Source: Elephas maximus (taxonomy: Eukaryota). From it: a DNA stretch of 64,000 bases. The notes under the pieces were generated by a model, which was not told where the DNA came from, did not search any database, and worked only from the letters and a program-made list of their open reading frames with translations. The DNA is taken from positions 46,311,680 through 46,375,679 of the forward strand of contig NC_064841.1 in NCBI RefSeq assembly GCF_024166365.1, written 5' to 3'. Position 1 is the stretch's first letter, and each line of letters begins with the position of its first letter. The translations under genes were made by a program, and so were the position numbers. Below, piece after piece: positions 1 through 13,284 of the stretch.

Positions 1-520
1 GATCATGATCAACTCGGAAGTAACAAGAACAACTCAGGAGAAAGGGTAGAATTTCATCAATCAGGACAGCTTTTACCCAGGACAGCTCTTAGCTTTCTCT
101 TATCCCTAGGCCTCTCTTCTCAGCCTGGCCTCTGCCACTGGGACCCACTCAGGCCGAGCCTCTGCCTTGCTCAGGCAAGTCTATAGCTCTATTAGCTCTG
201 CTGTTAAGTGTCCCAAGGCACCTCACTCCACCAGAAAGCCTCCTGCCCAAAGGTGCTCAGCTCTCTCTCTCTCCATGGATCAATGAGCCCACTGCAGCCA
301 TTTGCCATCTCATTCCCCTGTCATCTCTTGCTGCTTCCATCTCCTGCTGCAGCTGTCTTCAGTGTTACAGCTCTCTCTCCTAAGTCTAAGAGGTTCTCAG
401 CACAAGGACCCCAGGTTCTTCTTGACGGTAGTGAGGTCTCCCTCAGCCCCTGTAGGATTAGCGCTTTTATGAGCCTAACTCTTCCAGAAAGACCACACAC
501 TGACCAGTCTCCTCAGTAGG

Positions 521-706
521 CCACCAAAAACCCAAAATCCATTGCTGTCAAGTCAACTCCAACTCACTGCAACCCTATAGGACAGAGTAGAACTGCCCCA
601 TAGAGTTTCCAAGGCTGTAATCTTTCTCCTATGAGGAACCTGGTGGGTTTGAACAGCCAACCTTTTGGTTAGCAGCCAAGCACTCAACCACTGTACCACC
701 AGGGGT
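521..706 (-). mobile_element. AfroSINE (tRNA-derived afrotherian SINE), near full length
   Basis: Reverse complement starts gacccctggtggtacagtggttgagtgcttggctgctaaccaaaaggttggctgttcaaacccacc (tRNA-like head) followed by the diagnostic core ctatggggcagttctactctgtcctatagggttgcagtgagttgg. Confidence 0.8.
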
Positions 707-892
707 CTTTTCGGTAGGCCACAGGCACTTCGTTTGCCTAGTCAATGTCCAATCCCTGCAGGCACTTACGTACCTTATTTGCATAATAATCTGTACAATC
801 TCTTCGCAAGACTGTGGTCTAGCAAATCATCTTGGCTGAACTGCAAACCTAGGGTCAGAAACGCCATATATAAAGAGAAACTTGTAGCACCA

Positions 893-1090
893 CAGGTGAT
901 ATTGAGTCAATTCTGACACATGGCAACTCCAAGTGTGCAGAAGAAAACTTCTTCAAAGAGCTTGCAAGGCTGTGATCTTTCAGAAGCTAGTCTCCAGGCC
1001 TTACCTCTGAGGTATGTCTAAGTGTGTTTGAACTGCCAACCCGTCAGTTAGCAGTCCAGTGTTTAACCACCTGCAACACCCAAGGACTCC
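893..1090 (-). mobile_element. AfroSINE, second copy
   Basis: Reverse complement ggagtccttgggtgttgcaggtggttaaacactggactgctaactgacgggttggcagttcaaac...ggcatgtgtcagaattgactc has the same tRNA-like head, core and tail as the 521-706 copy. Confidence 0.75.
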
Positions 1091-1422
1091 TTGAAAACAT
1101 TATGCTGAGTGAAATAAGCCAGTCAAGAAGGGACAAATATTGTATGATTCCACTTATTTTAAATTATCTAGGATAAGCAAGTGTATAGAGACCAAAGTTG
1201 GTTAGTGGTTACTAGGGGTGAGTGGAAGGTAGCGAAAAAGGAGGATTTACTGCTTAGGAGAAACTCAGCTTCTGTTAAGGGTGATAGAGAAATTTGTAAA
1301 TGGATAATGGCACTAGCTGAGCAATATGATAAACATAATTAATATCACTGAATTGTACATGGAATGTTGAAAAGACAAAGGATTTGTTACATATATATTT
1401 ACCAAAAAAAAAAAAAAAAAAA
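1091..1422 (+). mobile_element. L1 3'-terminal fragment (older subfamily) with poly-A tail
   Basis: ttatgctgagtgaaataagccagtcaagaagggacaaatattgtatgattccacttat is the conserved L1 ORF2-end/3'UTR block. It ends in A19 at 1404-1422. Confidence 0.75.
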
Positions 1423-4400
1423 GCCAAACAAGACAGAAAGCAACCAGGAAGGTGAAACACTACTTTAGCTAAGGTCACATGTCTAGGAAGTCATATCTTA
1501 GCAAGACCAAGTGATACAATGAGTGAACCATGAGGAGATCTAGGGGAAGAGGACTCCAGCAAGTGGAAAAACAAGTGTGAAGTTGAGACTGGTTGCAGCT
1601 TGGCATGTTCAAAAACATTGAAAAAGTCAGAGTGGATGCAACACAATGAAGGGGTTAGAAGATGAGCTTGATGATGTCATATAAAATTTTATGAACTGTA
1701 TCCTGTAGAGAAAGCTTTCGAAGCTTGGAAGCATGAATTGATGAACTGATTTGCACTTTTAAAATATTCAGCTGTTACTGAGGATTTGTTTTGGTTGCGA
1801 GAGTAGAAGCAGAGTCTAGTTAAGAGTTAAGAGGTGGTTTCAACTGTCTAGATCAGAGACAATAGTGGATTGACTTGGGCTAGTAATAGTAAAGATGGAA
1901 GGGTGGAATCAGGATGAATTTTAGAGCAAGAGTTAAAAGAATTTGATGATGAACTGGATGTGAAATACAAAGAAAAGAGAGGAATCAAAGCTGACTCCAA
2001 GTTTTTTTGGTTTCAGATACTTCTAGTTTTTTTCTGACTCCTAGTTCTTTTACAGAGGTGAGGAAGATCTGGGGAGGAACAGATTTCAAGAAGGTAATCA
2101 ACAGTTCTGTTTGCATATGTTCAGTTTTACATGCCTGTTACATGCCCACATGGAGACAAGGCAAAGGCAGCTGGCTAAGGACACAGATGTGTCAGTCATC
2201 ATGTATGTAGTTTTTAAAGGCGTTGAGTACCTTGATGAGCACACCCAGATAACAGCAGGATAGGAAATGGAAGAGATAGGAAGATAGAGCTTGGGGCACT
2301 CTGACACAAGAGCACTGGCAGGGAAGGGGGAGCCAGTGAAAGAGAAAGAGAGGGAGTTGCCAGTGAAGTAGTAGGAATCAGAACTGAGTGACAAATGCTG
2401 CTGACTGCTACTAGGATGCAATGAGATAAAAAAATGTGAAAGCCTCTTCTAAATTCTAAAGTTCTATTCACCTGCTAGTCATAGTGTGTTCCCAAGTGTG
2501 GGTGGTATGGGAAACGGAATAGGAGGTCAGAACCATGAAGCAGAAATGGCAAGAAACTATCTTGCCCACTAGTTAATCAGTTCTCTGCTTCAGAAGGAAG
2601 CTCAGCTAGAATCTGTGTAGGAGAGAAAGGACAAGCGTCTCCTACCATGGCCAGACTGCTATCGCCCATTCTCCTTACTTACCGAAGACCTTCTCTTCTT
2701 TCCTCCTTCACTGCTATGGTGCACTCACTTTTTGGCTCACTCACTCACTCTTTCTTTCCCTATGTTCAGACCATGAGATAGGGAAACTGCAGCTAGAAAG
2801 GGAGAATCAAAGTCCATGATGTTGGAATGTTTACAACCCCTCCCCCAAATTTTATGACATATGACAATGAAGCCCTTGGAGAGGAGTCAGGAATGTTACA
2901 TGTGGATACAGGGCCCAAGTGGATGTTTCAGAGTTAAAGGAATGCCATGAAAAGGTGTCACCAGAGTGTGGTGAACTCAACCATGTCATTTTGTTGAAGT
3001 CATTGGATATTTGTTTTGTATGAGATTTTTCAAGGGGTGTTTTGTTTTGATCTGAGTTACAAACACATTTAGGCATATACACACTTGTCTAGTCAGTGAT
3101 ATTTTTGAGGGCAAGGGAGATTTTGTTCACATATTATTGAATTCAATTCTTTTTTGCAAAGAGGAGACATGGGATTGTGTAGAGGATTAGGGGTGGCAGG
3201 GACAGAAGGGCTATTCAGAAAAGGTATTCTCATCTTATTCTGGACAGTCTCCTGAAGGGCCAGAGCACATGTCCACACTTGGATATTTTTCCAGGAGATG
3301 AGAGGAGCCTCTGCTCGAAATGTTACCAGGTGGAAACCCCAGGTTCAGCTCAACATGACTCTCATTGTCCAATAAATGAGAGACCGAGGTGGGAGAGAAG
3401 AAAGGTACTTTTATTTTACTGCATAAGGAAAAAAGGCAGTCAGAGCTGCTGCTGCCAAGACTGCTCCATGAGAGTGAGGAGAAAAGCCTTTTTAAGGGAT
3501 TTACAAGTAGGGAGTTCATACAAGTTACATCAGCAACATTCTTAATCATACTATGCAGCCATAATGAGGCTTATATATAACTTCATGAGTCATCAGAATT
3601 TTTACAAGGCAGCCAAGCAAAGGAGCTAGGATTCTAATGCAAAGTTGCAAGGCAGGCCAAGCAAGCTGCTACAGGCAGTGGAATTTTCTACAGCCTGGGG
3701 ACATATGCTTTATGCCCTTATTTTCTTCTTGAACGTTGGTCACTCAGGACCAGTGTCTATTTTGAACTACAGCCCAGCTCAGAATTCCTTGGAAAGTTTT
3801 TGGGGAGGCGGCAAATATTGAACCTAGGAATTGTGCCCCCTCTCCTTTTAGCCAGTAAGTTGGTTGTAAAGGTACATAGGATTCTTGCCTATGTACCTTT
3901 GACTACTCAGTAAAAGCTAAAATAAAAAATAAGAGTGGGTTTTATGCTTGTTTATGTGAATATTTCCTTAAAAGATGTTTTCCAAGATTATCCTAGCTAT
4001 CGTCTTTATACCTCAGGGACCAGTTGATGTGTCTTTGTGAGTCTAGCTCCAATCTGGGTCATATTCTTTATGCTCAAGGACAGGGAATAATGGCCCCAAT
4101 ATTATCTCCTAAATCATTCTTTTCTTTTGATCAGAGATTGGAGATAATACTCTGGTGATTATATTATATTATGATGAGATAAGACATTAACCTCGTCCTA
4201 GTTGAGCTCCTAGATGGCGGCCATAGTAGGCTCTTTAACCTCACAGTGCTGGTATTGCACCAGATACCATCTGGTTCTTCACCAGGATCTTAAGGAAGAG
4301 AAACTTTCCCATCAATCACATGGACCAAGTAAGCAGACTCAATGTACATCAACATTTTAGCCTGAGGTCTTAAGCGTGTAAGACAGTAGAAGATAACTTT

Positions 4401-5149
4401 TATTATGCCTAATACTGTCAGGATGCACATTAAGAATATTATTATTACATGCAGTGGCGATTTAGCTCATGTATTTATTCTTGATGGTAACTAACCAAAT
4501 AAATCTGGTATTTGTAAGGGTGTTACAGTGTGTAACCAAGTAGATTGCTATGTCCCCGTTTCACTTCTTTTGTGTTATTTGTCTGAATACAACAAGGCGT
4601 ATTTGCTACAGCACAAATTACAACTTCTTAGGCTAGTAAAAAATTTAAGACTGTTTTGTTATCTCATGTCACCTTGGCTAATGAGGTCAGAGATCGCTCT
4701 TGTGTTTCCATCCCATTTGCGAATTCGCCCTACAGTGAACACCAAATTTCTTAAAGATTTCTCCAATTCGACCTATGCCATAAGTAAAAATTAAAGCTAC
4801 CAGCCATATCCTGAGTGTTGGACCAATGGGTTTTCTTCTGGCTCTCATTTTACAGTGTGTAACAATTTAGAGTTATCTTTTCAATATTTACTACCATCAT
4901 TACTATGACTATCTAAAGATAATCCAATCCTAAAATTCCCCAAGTGTATTGACCACACACTTTCTAGGAACCTAAACAAAAGATCGCCTTTGTAAATTCA
5001 CCATCATTTGTAAAAGGATCATCTAAGCTAGTATAGTTGGATCCACCACACAAAAATATATATCCATAAGAAATACCCAAAGTTTGTCTAGAGGAAACGG
5101 AAGTCATAGAAAATTTGCAAGTGACAACCAAAATTCCATTACAGAACAC

Positions 5150-6417
5150 ATGATTAACCAGACAATACAGGAAGGAATTCTCCTGTTGGAGGTCTTCAGT
5201 TAATCTATTTAAAACATAAATGTAATGCTATTCTATCTAGGAAAATTGGAAATCATCAAAAATGAAGTGGACCACATAAGCATCAATATCCTAGGCATTA
5301 GTGAGCTGAAATGGCCTGGTATTGGTCATTTTGAATTGGACAATCATCTGGTCGACTATGCTGGGAATGAAAAACTGAAGAGGAATAGTGTTGCATTCAT
5401 TATCAAAAAGAACATTTCAAGATCTATCCTGAAGTACAAGGCTGTCAGTGATAGGATACCATCCATACGCCTACAAGGAAAACCAGCTAATAAAACTATT
5501 ATTCAAATTTACACACCAACCACTAAGGCCAAAGATGAAGAAATTGAAGATTTTTACCAACTTCTGGGGTCTGAAATTGATTGAACATGCAATCAGGATG
5601 CACTGAAAATTACTGGTGATTGGAATGTGAAAGAAGGAAACTAAGAATGATTGGTAGTTGGAAAATATGGCCTTGGTGATAGAAACAATGCCAGAGATAG
5701 CATGATTGAATTTTGCAAGACCAACCAAAGACTTCTTCATTTTTTCACCAACGTAAATGATGACTATATACATGGACCTCACCAGATGGAATACACAGGA
5801 ATCAAAACGACTACTTCTGTGGAAAGAGACAATGGAAAAGCTCAGTATCATCAGTCAGAACAAGGCCAGGGGCCTAGTGCAGATCAGACCATCAATTACT
5901 CATATGCAAGTTCAAGTAGAAACTAAAGAAAATTAGAACAATCCATGAAAGTCAAAGTATGACCTTGATTTTAATCAGCCAGAATTTAAAGATCATCTGA
6001 AGAATACATTTGATGAGTTGAAAACTAATGACTGAAGACCAGACGAGTTGTGGAATGACATAAAGGACATCATATATGAAGAAAGCAAGAGGTCATGAAA
6101 AACACATCAGAGAAAGAAAAGACCTAAATGGATATCAGAAGAGACTCTGAAACTTGCTCTTGAAAGCCAAGTAACTAAAGCGGAAGGAAAAAATGACGAA
6201 ATAAAAGAGCTGAACAGAAAATTTCAAAGGGCTGCTCGAGAAGACAAAGTATGACATGTGCAAAGACCTGGAGATAGAAAATCAAAAGGGAAAAACATGC
6301 TCAGCATTTCTCAAGCTGAAAGAAAAATTCAAGCCTTGAGTGGCAACACTGAAGGAGCCTACAGGGAAAATATTAAACGAAGAAGGAAGCACCAAAGAAA
6401 TATGGAAGGGAAATCTT
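5150..6417 (+). mobile_element. RTE/BovB-like non-LTR retrotransposon, 5' portion (AP-endonuclease domain and start of linker), frameshifted
   Basis: ORF 5225-5584 LGKLEIIKNEVDHISINILGISELKW...SIRLQGKPANKTIIQIYTPTT matches the BovB/RTE endonuclease N-terminus. Downstream frames give ...GPSADQTINYSYASS and ...KKDLNGYQKRL..., matching the RTE linker. It is cut at 6418 by an L1 5' end. Confidence 0.8.
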
Positions 6418-9290
6418 TAGGAGGGGGACCCAAGATGGCGGAATACACAGAAGCTTCTGGCAAGCCTCTTTACAACAAAGACCCAAAAAGCAAGTGAAAT
6501 GGGTATACTTATGACAAGCTAAGAGCCCTAAACATCAAAGGCAAGCTTAGAAAATGAACTGAGGGGCAGGGGGATGAAGAGACAGTTCAGAAGAGGAGAG
6601 GAGCTACTGGACCTGAATTGTGGGGAACCCTCAGGCACCATTCCCGGGAGTGTGGCGGAGGGCTAGTACTAGCGCTCAGCTGCAGTTTCCTCGGGGAGAA
6701 GCAGCCAGCCACACAGCCTGCTCACACCCCCAGAACCAGAGAAGAACATCGCTCTTGGCAAAAGCTAAGTACTTGCCTATATTTTCCACCAACTGGGGGA
6801 GCTCAGGACAAAAGCGGCTCCTGTCCAGGAATGGTCCATGGACTTTGAGTACCTTTCCCCTCTGCATGGACCTGTGCAGACCTATTTCAGGAGAATAGGC
6901 CCTTTGTTGGCAGACTAACCATTTCAGCCGTGTGGCAGAGAGGTGGGTGTTTGATGTTTGACATTGCTTTGCCTATTAAACAGGGTCCTCACCTACCCAC
7001 ATCAGGGACCTAAGGACTGGTGTCTCCACTCAGGTCACCCAGCCACCCACGACAGGGGTCCAAGGATAACTGGTACCTCCCAGTCCTTACAACCAAAAAC
7101 ATTGGCTGCCCGCGTTCTGTCTGCAGAACCCACCCACCTGTACACTCTAGGGAACAGGAACATGCTTTCCTCAGAGATACATGGGGGACGATTCTCAGCC
7201 CTGTGCCTTGTTTAAAGTGTGACTCCCTGCTGCAACCAGATACTGGTACCTACACCAATCACCCCTGCACCTCTAAGACTGTAGGACAGAGCCTGTACCA
7301 CACAGTTGATGATCAGCTACTTGGAAACCTGAGCTGAATTCATGCAGGAAAAGTGAATGGACTCCTAGGATGATATACCTAATAACAACTCTAGCCATCT
7401 GGGGACAGGATGTCAGAGCTCCAAAGGCAAAAATAATCAAGCTAGCTCATTCAAGCAACCCATTTGGGCATATCAAAACAAAACAAAGCAAGAAGCTATG
7501 ACACAGCAAGCAAACATAAAATAAACTAATACGATAACTCATAGATGGTTTGGAGACAACAGTCAATATCAAGTTACATAAAGAAAGAGACCATGATCAC
7601 CTCAACAAAGCTCTCAAAACAAAGAATCAAGGGATCTTGCAGATGAAAGTGCATTCCTGGAATTACCAGAAGTAGAATACAAAAGATTAATATACAAAAC
7701 CCTTCAAGACATCAGGAAGGAAATGAGGCAATATGCAGAACAAGCCAAGGAACACACAGATAAAGCAATTGAAGAAATTAAAAAGATTATTCAGGAACAT
7801 AATGAAAAAATTAATAACTTGGAAAAATCCATAGACAGACAACAAACAAAAATTCAGAAGATTAACAATAAAATTACAGAAGTAGACAACTCAATAGAAA
7901 GTCAGACAAGCAGATTTGAGCAAGTGGAAGGGAGAATTTCTGAACAGGAAGAAAAAGCACTTGGCACTAATATATTTGCAGAAAAATCAGATAAAAGAAT
8001 TTTTTAAAAAGGAAGAAACCTTAAGAATCATGTGAGGCTCTATCAAGAGAAATAACCTACAAGTTATTGGAGTACCAGAACAGGAAGGGATAACAAAATA
8101 GAGAATTGTTGAAGATTTGTTGGCAGAAAACTTCCCAGATATCGTGAAAGATGAGAAGATATCTACCCAAGATGCTCATCAAACTCTACATAAAGTAGAT
8201 GTTAAAAGAAAGTCAGCAAGACATATTATAATCAAACTTGCCAAAACCAAAGATAAAGAGAGAATTTTAAGAGCAGCTAGGGATAAATGAAAAGTCACCT
8301 ACAAAGGAGAGCCAATAAGAATAAGCTCAGACTACTTGGCCGAAACCATGCAGGCAAGAAGGCAACAGGAAGACTTATTGAAAAAATTAAAGAAAAAAAA
8401 TGTCAACCAAGTATCATATATCCAGCAAAACTGTCTCTCAAATATGAAGGTGAAATTAGGACATTTCCAGATGAACAGAAGTTTAGGGAATTCGTAAAAA
8501 CCAAACGAAAACTAGAAGAAATATTAAAGGGAGTTCTTTGGTTACAAAATCAATAGCATCAGGTATCAACCCAAGACTAGAACACTGGGCAGAGCAAACA
8601 GAAGTCAACCCAGACAGGGAAATTAAAAAAATAAATCCAGATTTAAAAATCCTCAAAACAGGGCAACAGCCATGTTATTATGTAAAAGAAGACAACATAA
8701 AAACAATTAAGAGAGACTAAGAAATGCAGTCATAGATCTTCCATACGGAGAGGAAGACAAGGCGATACAAAGAAATAAATGTTAAGTTTAAATTTAGAAA
8801 AATAGGTGTAAATGATAAGGTAACCACAAAGGAGACAAGCTATCCTACACATCAAAATAAAATACAAGAAAAAAATTGAGACTCAGCAGAAACAAAATCA
8901 ACAACAACGAATATGAGGAAAGGACAATATAAAAGATAATCTACTTAGCACATAAAATTAAATGGGAAAAAGAAACTGTCAACAACACACAAAAAAAGAC
9001 ATCAAAATGATACCACTAAATTCATACCTATCCATAATTATGTTGAATGTAAATGGACTAAATGCACCAATAAAGAGAGAGTGGCAGAATGGATTAAAAA
9101 ACAGGATCCATCTATATGCTGCCTACAAGAGACACACCTTAGACTTAGAAACACAAACAAACTAAAACTCAAAGGTTGGAAAAAAATACATCAAGCAAAG
9201 AACAATCAAACAACAGCAGGAGTGGCAATATTAATTTCTGACAAAATAGACTTTAAAGTTAAATCCATGATAAAGGATAAGGAAGAACTT
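6418..9290 (+). mobile_element. L1, 5' portion: 5'UTR (type 'b', non-monomeric), ORF1, inter-ORF spacer, first ~95 codons of ORF2. The 3' end is truncated at an inverted junction
   Basis: It starts ggagggggacccaagatggcggaatacacag, an L1-type 5' leader with a YY1-like CAAGATGGCGG box. ORF1 pieces 7723-8007 and 8287-8556 are homologous to ORF1 of the 30 kb copy. ORF2 starts at ~9008 (MIPLNSYLSIIMLNVNGLNAPIKR...GVAILISDKIDFKVKSMIKDKEE) and stops at 9290. Confidence 0.85.
7480..8560 (+). pseudogene. L1 ORF1 (RNA-binding protein), disrupted by stops/frameshifts
   Basis: Coiled-coil and C-terminal-domain homology to ORF1 at 31230-32292 (EETLRIM..LQVIGVPEQEG..PRIIYPAKLSLKYEGE). There are several stops. 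Confidence 0.65.
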
Positions 9291-12200
9291 TCTTCTATTA
9301 CCCAGTGGTTTTTAAGCAGGGTGTTATTTAGTTTCCATGCAATTGATTTTTTTTTTTTTTCTCCCTTGCTCTTCCTGTTCTTAATTTCTACTGTTATGGC
9401 ATTGTGGTCTCAGGAGATGCTTTGTATTACCTCAATGTTTTGGATTTTGTTGAGGGTTGCTCTGTGAACTAAGATGTGGTCTGTTCTGGAGTATGGTCTG
9501 TGTGCATTGGAAAAGAATGTGTACTTTGTAGCTGTTGGGTGGGGTGTTCTATATATGCCTGTGAGGTCAAGTTGGCTGATTGTGTTTCTTACTAGATGTT
9601 CTGTCCTTTACCGAGAGTGCTGTGTTTGAAGTATCCTACTATTATTGTGGAAATGTAAATTTCTCTTTTCAGTTGTTAGAGTTTGTTTTATGTATTTTGG
9701 AGCCCTGTCATTGGGTGTGTAGATGTTCATTATGGTTAAGTTTTCATGATGGATCCATCCCTTTAATCATTATATATTGTCTTTTACGGTGGATTTTGTT
9801 TTAAAGTCTATTTTATCTGAGATTAGTATTGCTACTCCTGCTCTTTTTTGGTAGTTTTTGCTTGATATATTTTTTCCATCCTTTGATTTTTAATGAGTTT
9901 ATGTCCTTGTTCTTAAGGTGTGTCTCTTGTAGACAGCATATTGATGGATCCTGATTTTTAATCCATTCTGTCACTCTCTATATCTTTATGGGTCCATTTA
10001 GGCCATTTATACTCAGTGTAATTATTGATAGGTGTGAGTTTATTGCTATCATTTTGTAGTGCTGACAGTTTTTTTGTTCTGCTTACTCTCCTGAGCCATA
10101 TACCTTTTGTTTGTGGATTTCGTTTTCATTTCTTTTCTTTCGAGACAGTTTGTTTACTTTCTTTGTAGTTACTTTGAAATTTACCCTTATCTTTCTAGGT
10201 TTGAACCAGTTTATTATTACTTGGTACAGCCTTGCCTTCCTCTCCATTAGTAAATTCTATACCTACACCATTTATGCCCTCTTTTATTGTTCTGACATTG
10301 TTGTCATTTACAGATTAACCTCTGCGGTTCCATGTTGCAGTTCTTTTGGTTTTGCATAGTCCTTGAGAGTTCATTTCCTCGGTTGGTATGTGGCTGGTAC
10401 AATCTTGCATCCTAGATTCAGGGTGCAGTCTGATATTTGTTCTCAGACTGAAGGACTCCCTTTAATCTTGTAAGTTTGGTTTGGCTTTTACATATTCCCT
10501 TAATTTCTGTTCATCTGGAAATGTCCTAATTTCACCATCACATTTGAATGAGAGTTTTGCAGATTCTTGGTTGGCAGCTTCTTTCTTTCAAGGTTTTATA
10601 TATGTCATCCTGTTGCCTTCTTGCCTACATAGCTTCTGCCAAATAATCAGACCTTAGTCTTATTGTTTCTCTTCTGTATTTGACTCTGTTTTTCTCAAGC
10701 TGCACTCAGGGTTTTTTCCTTGTCTTTGGTTTTAGTGAGTGTAACTATGATATGCCTCGGTGATGTTCCTTTGGGGTCTATCCCATATGCGGTTCGTTGA
10801 GCTTCTTGGATGGTCAGCTTTTCGTCTTTCATATTAGTGAAGTTTTCTGTCAGCAATTCTTTAATGATTCTCTCTGTGTTTTCCATTTTCTCCCCTTGTT
10901 CTGAAACTCCAATCACTCTCAAATTTTTGCTTTTGATTGTATCCCACATAATTCTCAGGGTTTCTTTATTTTTCTTCATTCTTTTTTCTGGCTTTTTCTC
11001 AAACAGAGTTGTATCCAAGTGTTTTCAATTTTGCTGATCCTGTCTTCCATTGTTTCAAAACCTGCTCCTCAGCCCTTTTATGACACTGTCCATTTCTGAA
11101 ATCTTGCTGTTTACCTTTTGGATTTTGAATTGTTGTTTTTGTATGATTTCTAGTTGTGAATTTATTTTAGCACCTTGTTCCTGTATTTTCCTGAATTATT
11201 CCATTTTTTGGTCTATCTTTTCCATGAATTTGTCTGCCTTTTCCACGAATTTGTCTATTTTTCCTCATTTTTGTCTGCTTTTTCTTCAACTCTTGGATAG
11301 CTGAGAATATTAGAGATTTGAATTCCTTGTCAGGTAGTTCTAGTACCTTTTCTTCTACTGGAAAGTCATCTGTGTTTTATTTTGGATGCCTACTGGAACC
11401 ATCCTGTCCTTTTTTTAAATATATTTTGATATCGTCTGCTGTCTTCAGGACATTCAGTAGTTATTTTCTTCATTTATTGATTGTAGATCTGTTTGGTTCA
11501 TCCTGCTTTTTTGTTTTATTTGGTTATGTCTGAGCGGGGGGGGCTGTGCGATCTTTGTTGTGTACTTGTCTGTGGTCATGATACTTTTCACTTCCTTGTC
11601 CAATGGGCAGGGTCAGTCGCTCAATTATGGTGCAGCAGGGCAGGTCCAGCTGAAGGGTAGGGAGTGGGGTGGGTTGTTTCTGGAACATACTAAGGCTGAC
11701 AGGGTGGGCTGGGAATCAGTGCTGGGCAGGTCCTGGTAGGCTGTGCCTGTGGTGCTCAGGGGTGTGCTGTTCAGTGCACAGTGCAGGTAGGCAGGAAGGA
11801 GGGGGAAGGTTGTGATGTCTGGACCTAATATGGGCATGGGAAAGAGGAGAGAGGAACAGGAGCCAAAAGCAAACAAACAAACAAAAAAAAAAAAAAGAGT
11901 GATAAGGGAGCTTGCCATTGGAGTGGAGATGAGAAACTGAGAAATGGAGAAAAACAAAAAGGAAAAAAGAAACACAAAGGGAAAAAATAACTAGATAAAA
12001 ATTTGGGAAAAAAAAAGAAAAGAAAAGCCCCCCAGGGGTCCCACTGGTGTGGCTTCAATGACCTGGGATTGGCTCCCAGGCTGTGCAGTATAGCCTGGGT
12101 AGAGGGGGTATAGATGCCACAAAGCACCAGATGTTGAAGAGATAGGGAAAGAAGGTAAGTATAGAGAGATGAGAACTGAAAAATGAAGAAAGACAAAAAG

Positions 12201-13280
12201 GAAAAAAGAGAAAGAAAGAAAGAAAGAAAAAAGAAATGCCCTCAGGGATCCCACTGACATGGCTGCACAGACTGGGGAAGTGGCTCCTAAGCTGTGCAGT
12301 GCAGCCCAGCTGGAATGGGCTCTCAAGCCACAAAAAGAGAAAGAAAACAAACAAAACAGAACAAAGCAAAATAAAATAGAATAAAAATCCCAGGGATCCC
12401 ACCAGCCTGGTATTGCAGGCCAGTGGAGTTGTTCCCCAGTCAAGCAACTCTTCACAGCCTTTCAAGAAGAAGCAAAGATGGCATTCAGAACCAGGTACTC
12501 GAGAAAAAGGAGGGAGAGGTGGGGGGAGACATGGAAGAAACCAAAAGAAACAGAAAAAAGCAATATCAGCAACAGACAAATGGCACTCAGTGAGCCTGCC
12601 AGTGTGGGAAAGGTGAATCCAAGCAGCCTGAGGTTGAAGCAGTTGCCTTCCTGCCAAGAGACTGCAGCAGGTAGGAAGCAGAGGAGGCTGGGTGGGGAAG
12701 AAGGGTGGGAGTTAAAAAAAAAATTAGGAAAGCATAAATCGCTGGTTATCAGGTGCTCTGTCTCCTGCTGGGAACTTCGTAAAGCTGCTTTCCTCTACTC
12801 CCTGTCTGCCGATCTTCAATGTGGATGGGGCGAATTCAGCAGCATGGACGCTGCACTCACTGGCCAGCCAAGCCACCATTGCCAGCCAGGAAGCAAGGAG
12901 GTAGAATAGCAGGGAGAGGAAGGGGAGTGAGAAAGCATGTATTGGTGGTTACCAGGTGCTCTGTCTTCTGCTGGGAGCTCCATGAAGCTGCATTCCTGTG
13001 CTCCCTGTCCAGCAATCTCCATCAGGAGTCCAAGATGGCGGATCCGTGCTGCGTTAGCTGATAGGGGTCCTCTGCACATATCTCTCCTCACTCTACTCTC
13101 TGTCAGTTCATTATTCCCTTTGGTGCTTGGCTGAGCTCTTTATCTCTTCATTTAACACTTCAGGTTCCAGGATTGGCATTTGTCTCTGCTATTTGCCTCT
13201 TAGTTTTTTGGAACTTTGCTGTGGGGGGATGGCATGGTGCTTCTGTCTATGGTGCCATGTTAGCTGGAAGTCCACCAAGT
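9291..13280 (-). mobile_element. L1 of a second, diverged lineage ('type B'), 5' portion in antisense: ORF2 first ~300 codons (9291-~10050), ORF1 (~10090-11340), 5'UTR ~1.9 kb (11350-13280) with two ~210-bp tandem monomers at its 5' end
   Basis: Minus ORF 10695-11018 (KETLRIMWDTIKSKNLRVIGVSEQGEKMENTE...PRHIIVTLTKTKDKEK) is an L1 ORF1 C-domain. Plus-strand 9300-9467 is the antisense image of ORF2 just after the EN domain and is identical in kind to the minus ORF 39275-39667 opposite a sense ORF2. The 5'UTR 11350-13280 is collinear with 27862-29740. Confidence 0.8.
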
Positions 13281-13284
13281 CCAA

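Noticed and set aside
1-10. The window begins gatcatgatc (two GATC sites), possibly a Sau3AI/MboI cloning junction
   Set aside because: GATC is frequent by chance. Nothing else in the sequence supports a vector or clone boundary.
521-706. tRNA-like sequences at 521-706, 893-1090, 26163-26291, 54895-55050 and 59905-60122 as possible tRNA genes
   Set aside because: Each is the head of an AfroSINE, with the diagnostic ctatggggcagttctactctgtcctataggg core and SINE tail. They are SINE copies, not genuine tRNA genes.
2800-3600. Possible old LTR-like sequence (…ttacaacccctcccccaaatt…, …tttattttactgcataaggaaaaaag…)
   Set aside because: It is only a vague resemblance to MaLR/ERV1 LTR starts. There are no defined termini and no second copy in the window, so I left it unannotated.
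9291-9470. Plus-strand ORF 9081-9467 extending 60 codons beyond the L1 ORF2 truncation point, as if ORF2 were fused to a new C-terminus
   Set aside because: The extension (…LSSITQWFLSRVLFSFHAIDFFFF…) is the antisense reading of another L1 ORF2. The same peptide appears on the minus strand opposite the sense ORF2 at 39275-39667. It is a junction artefact, not a novel fusion protein.
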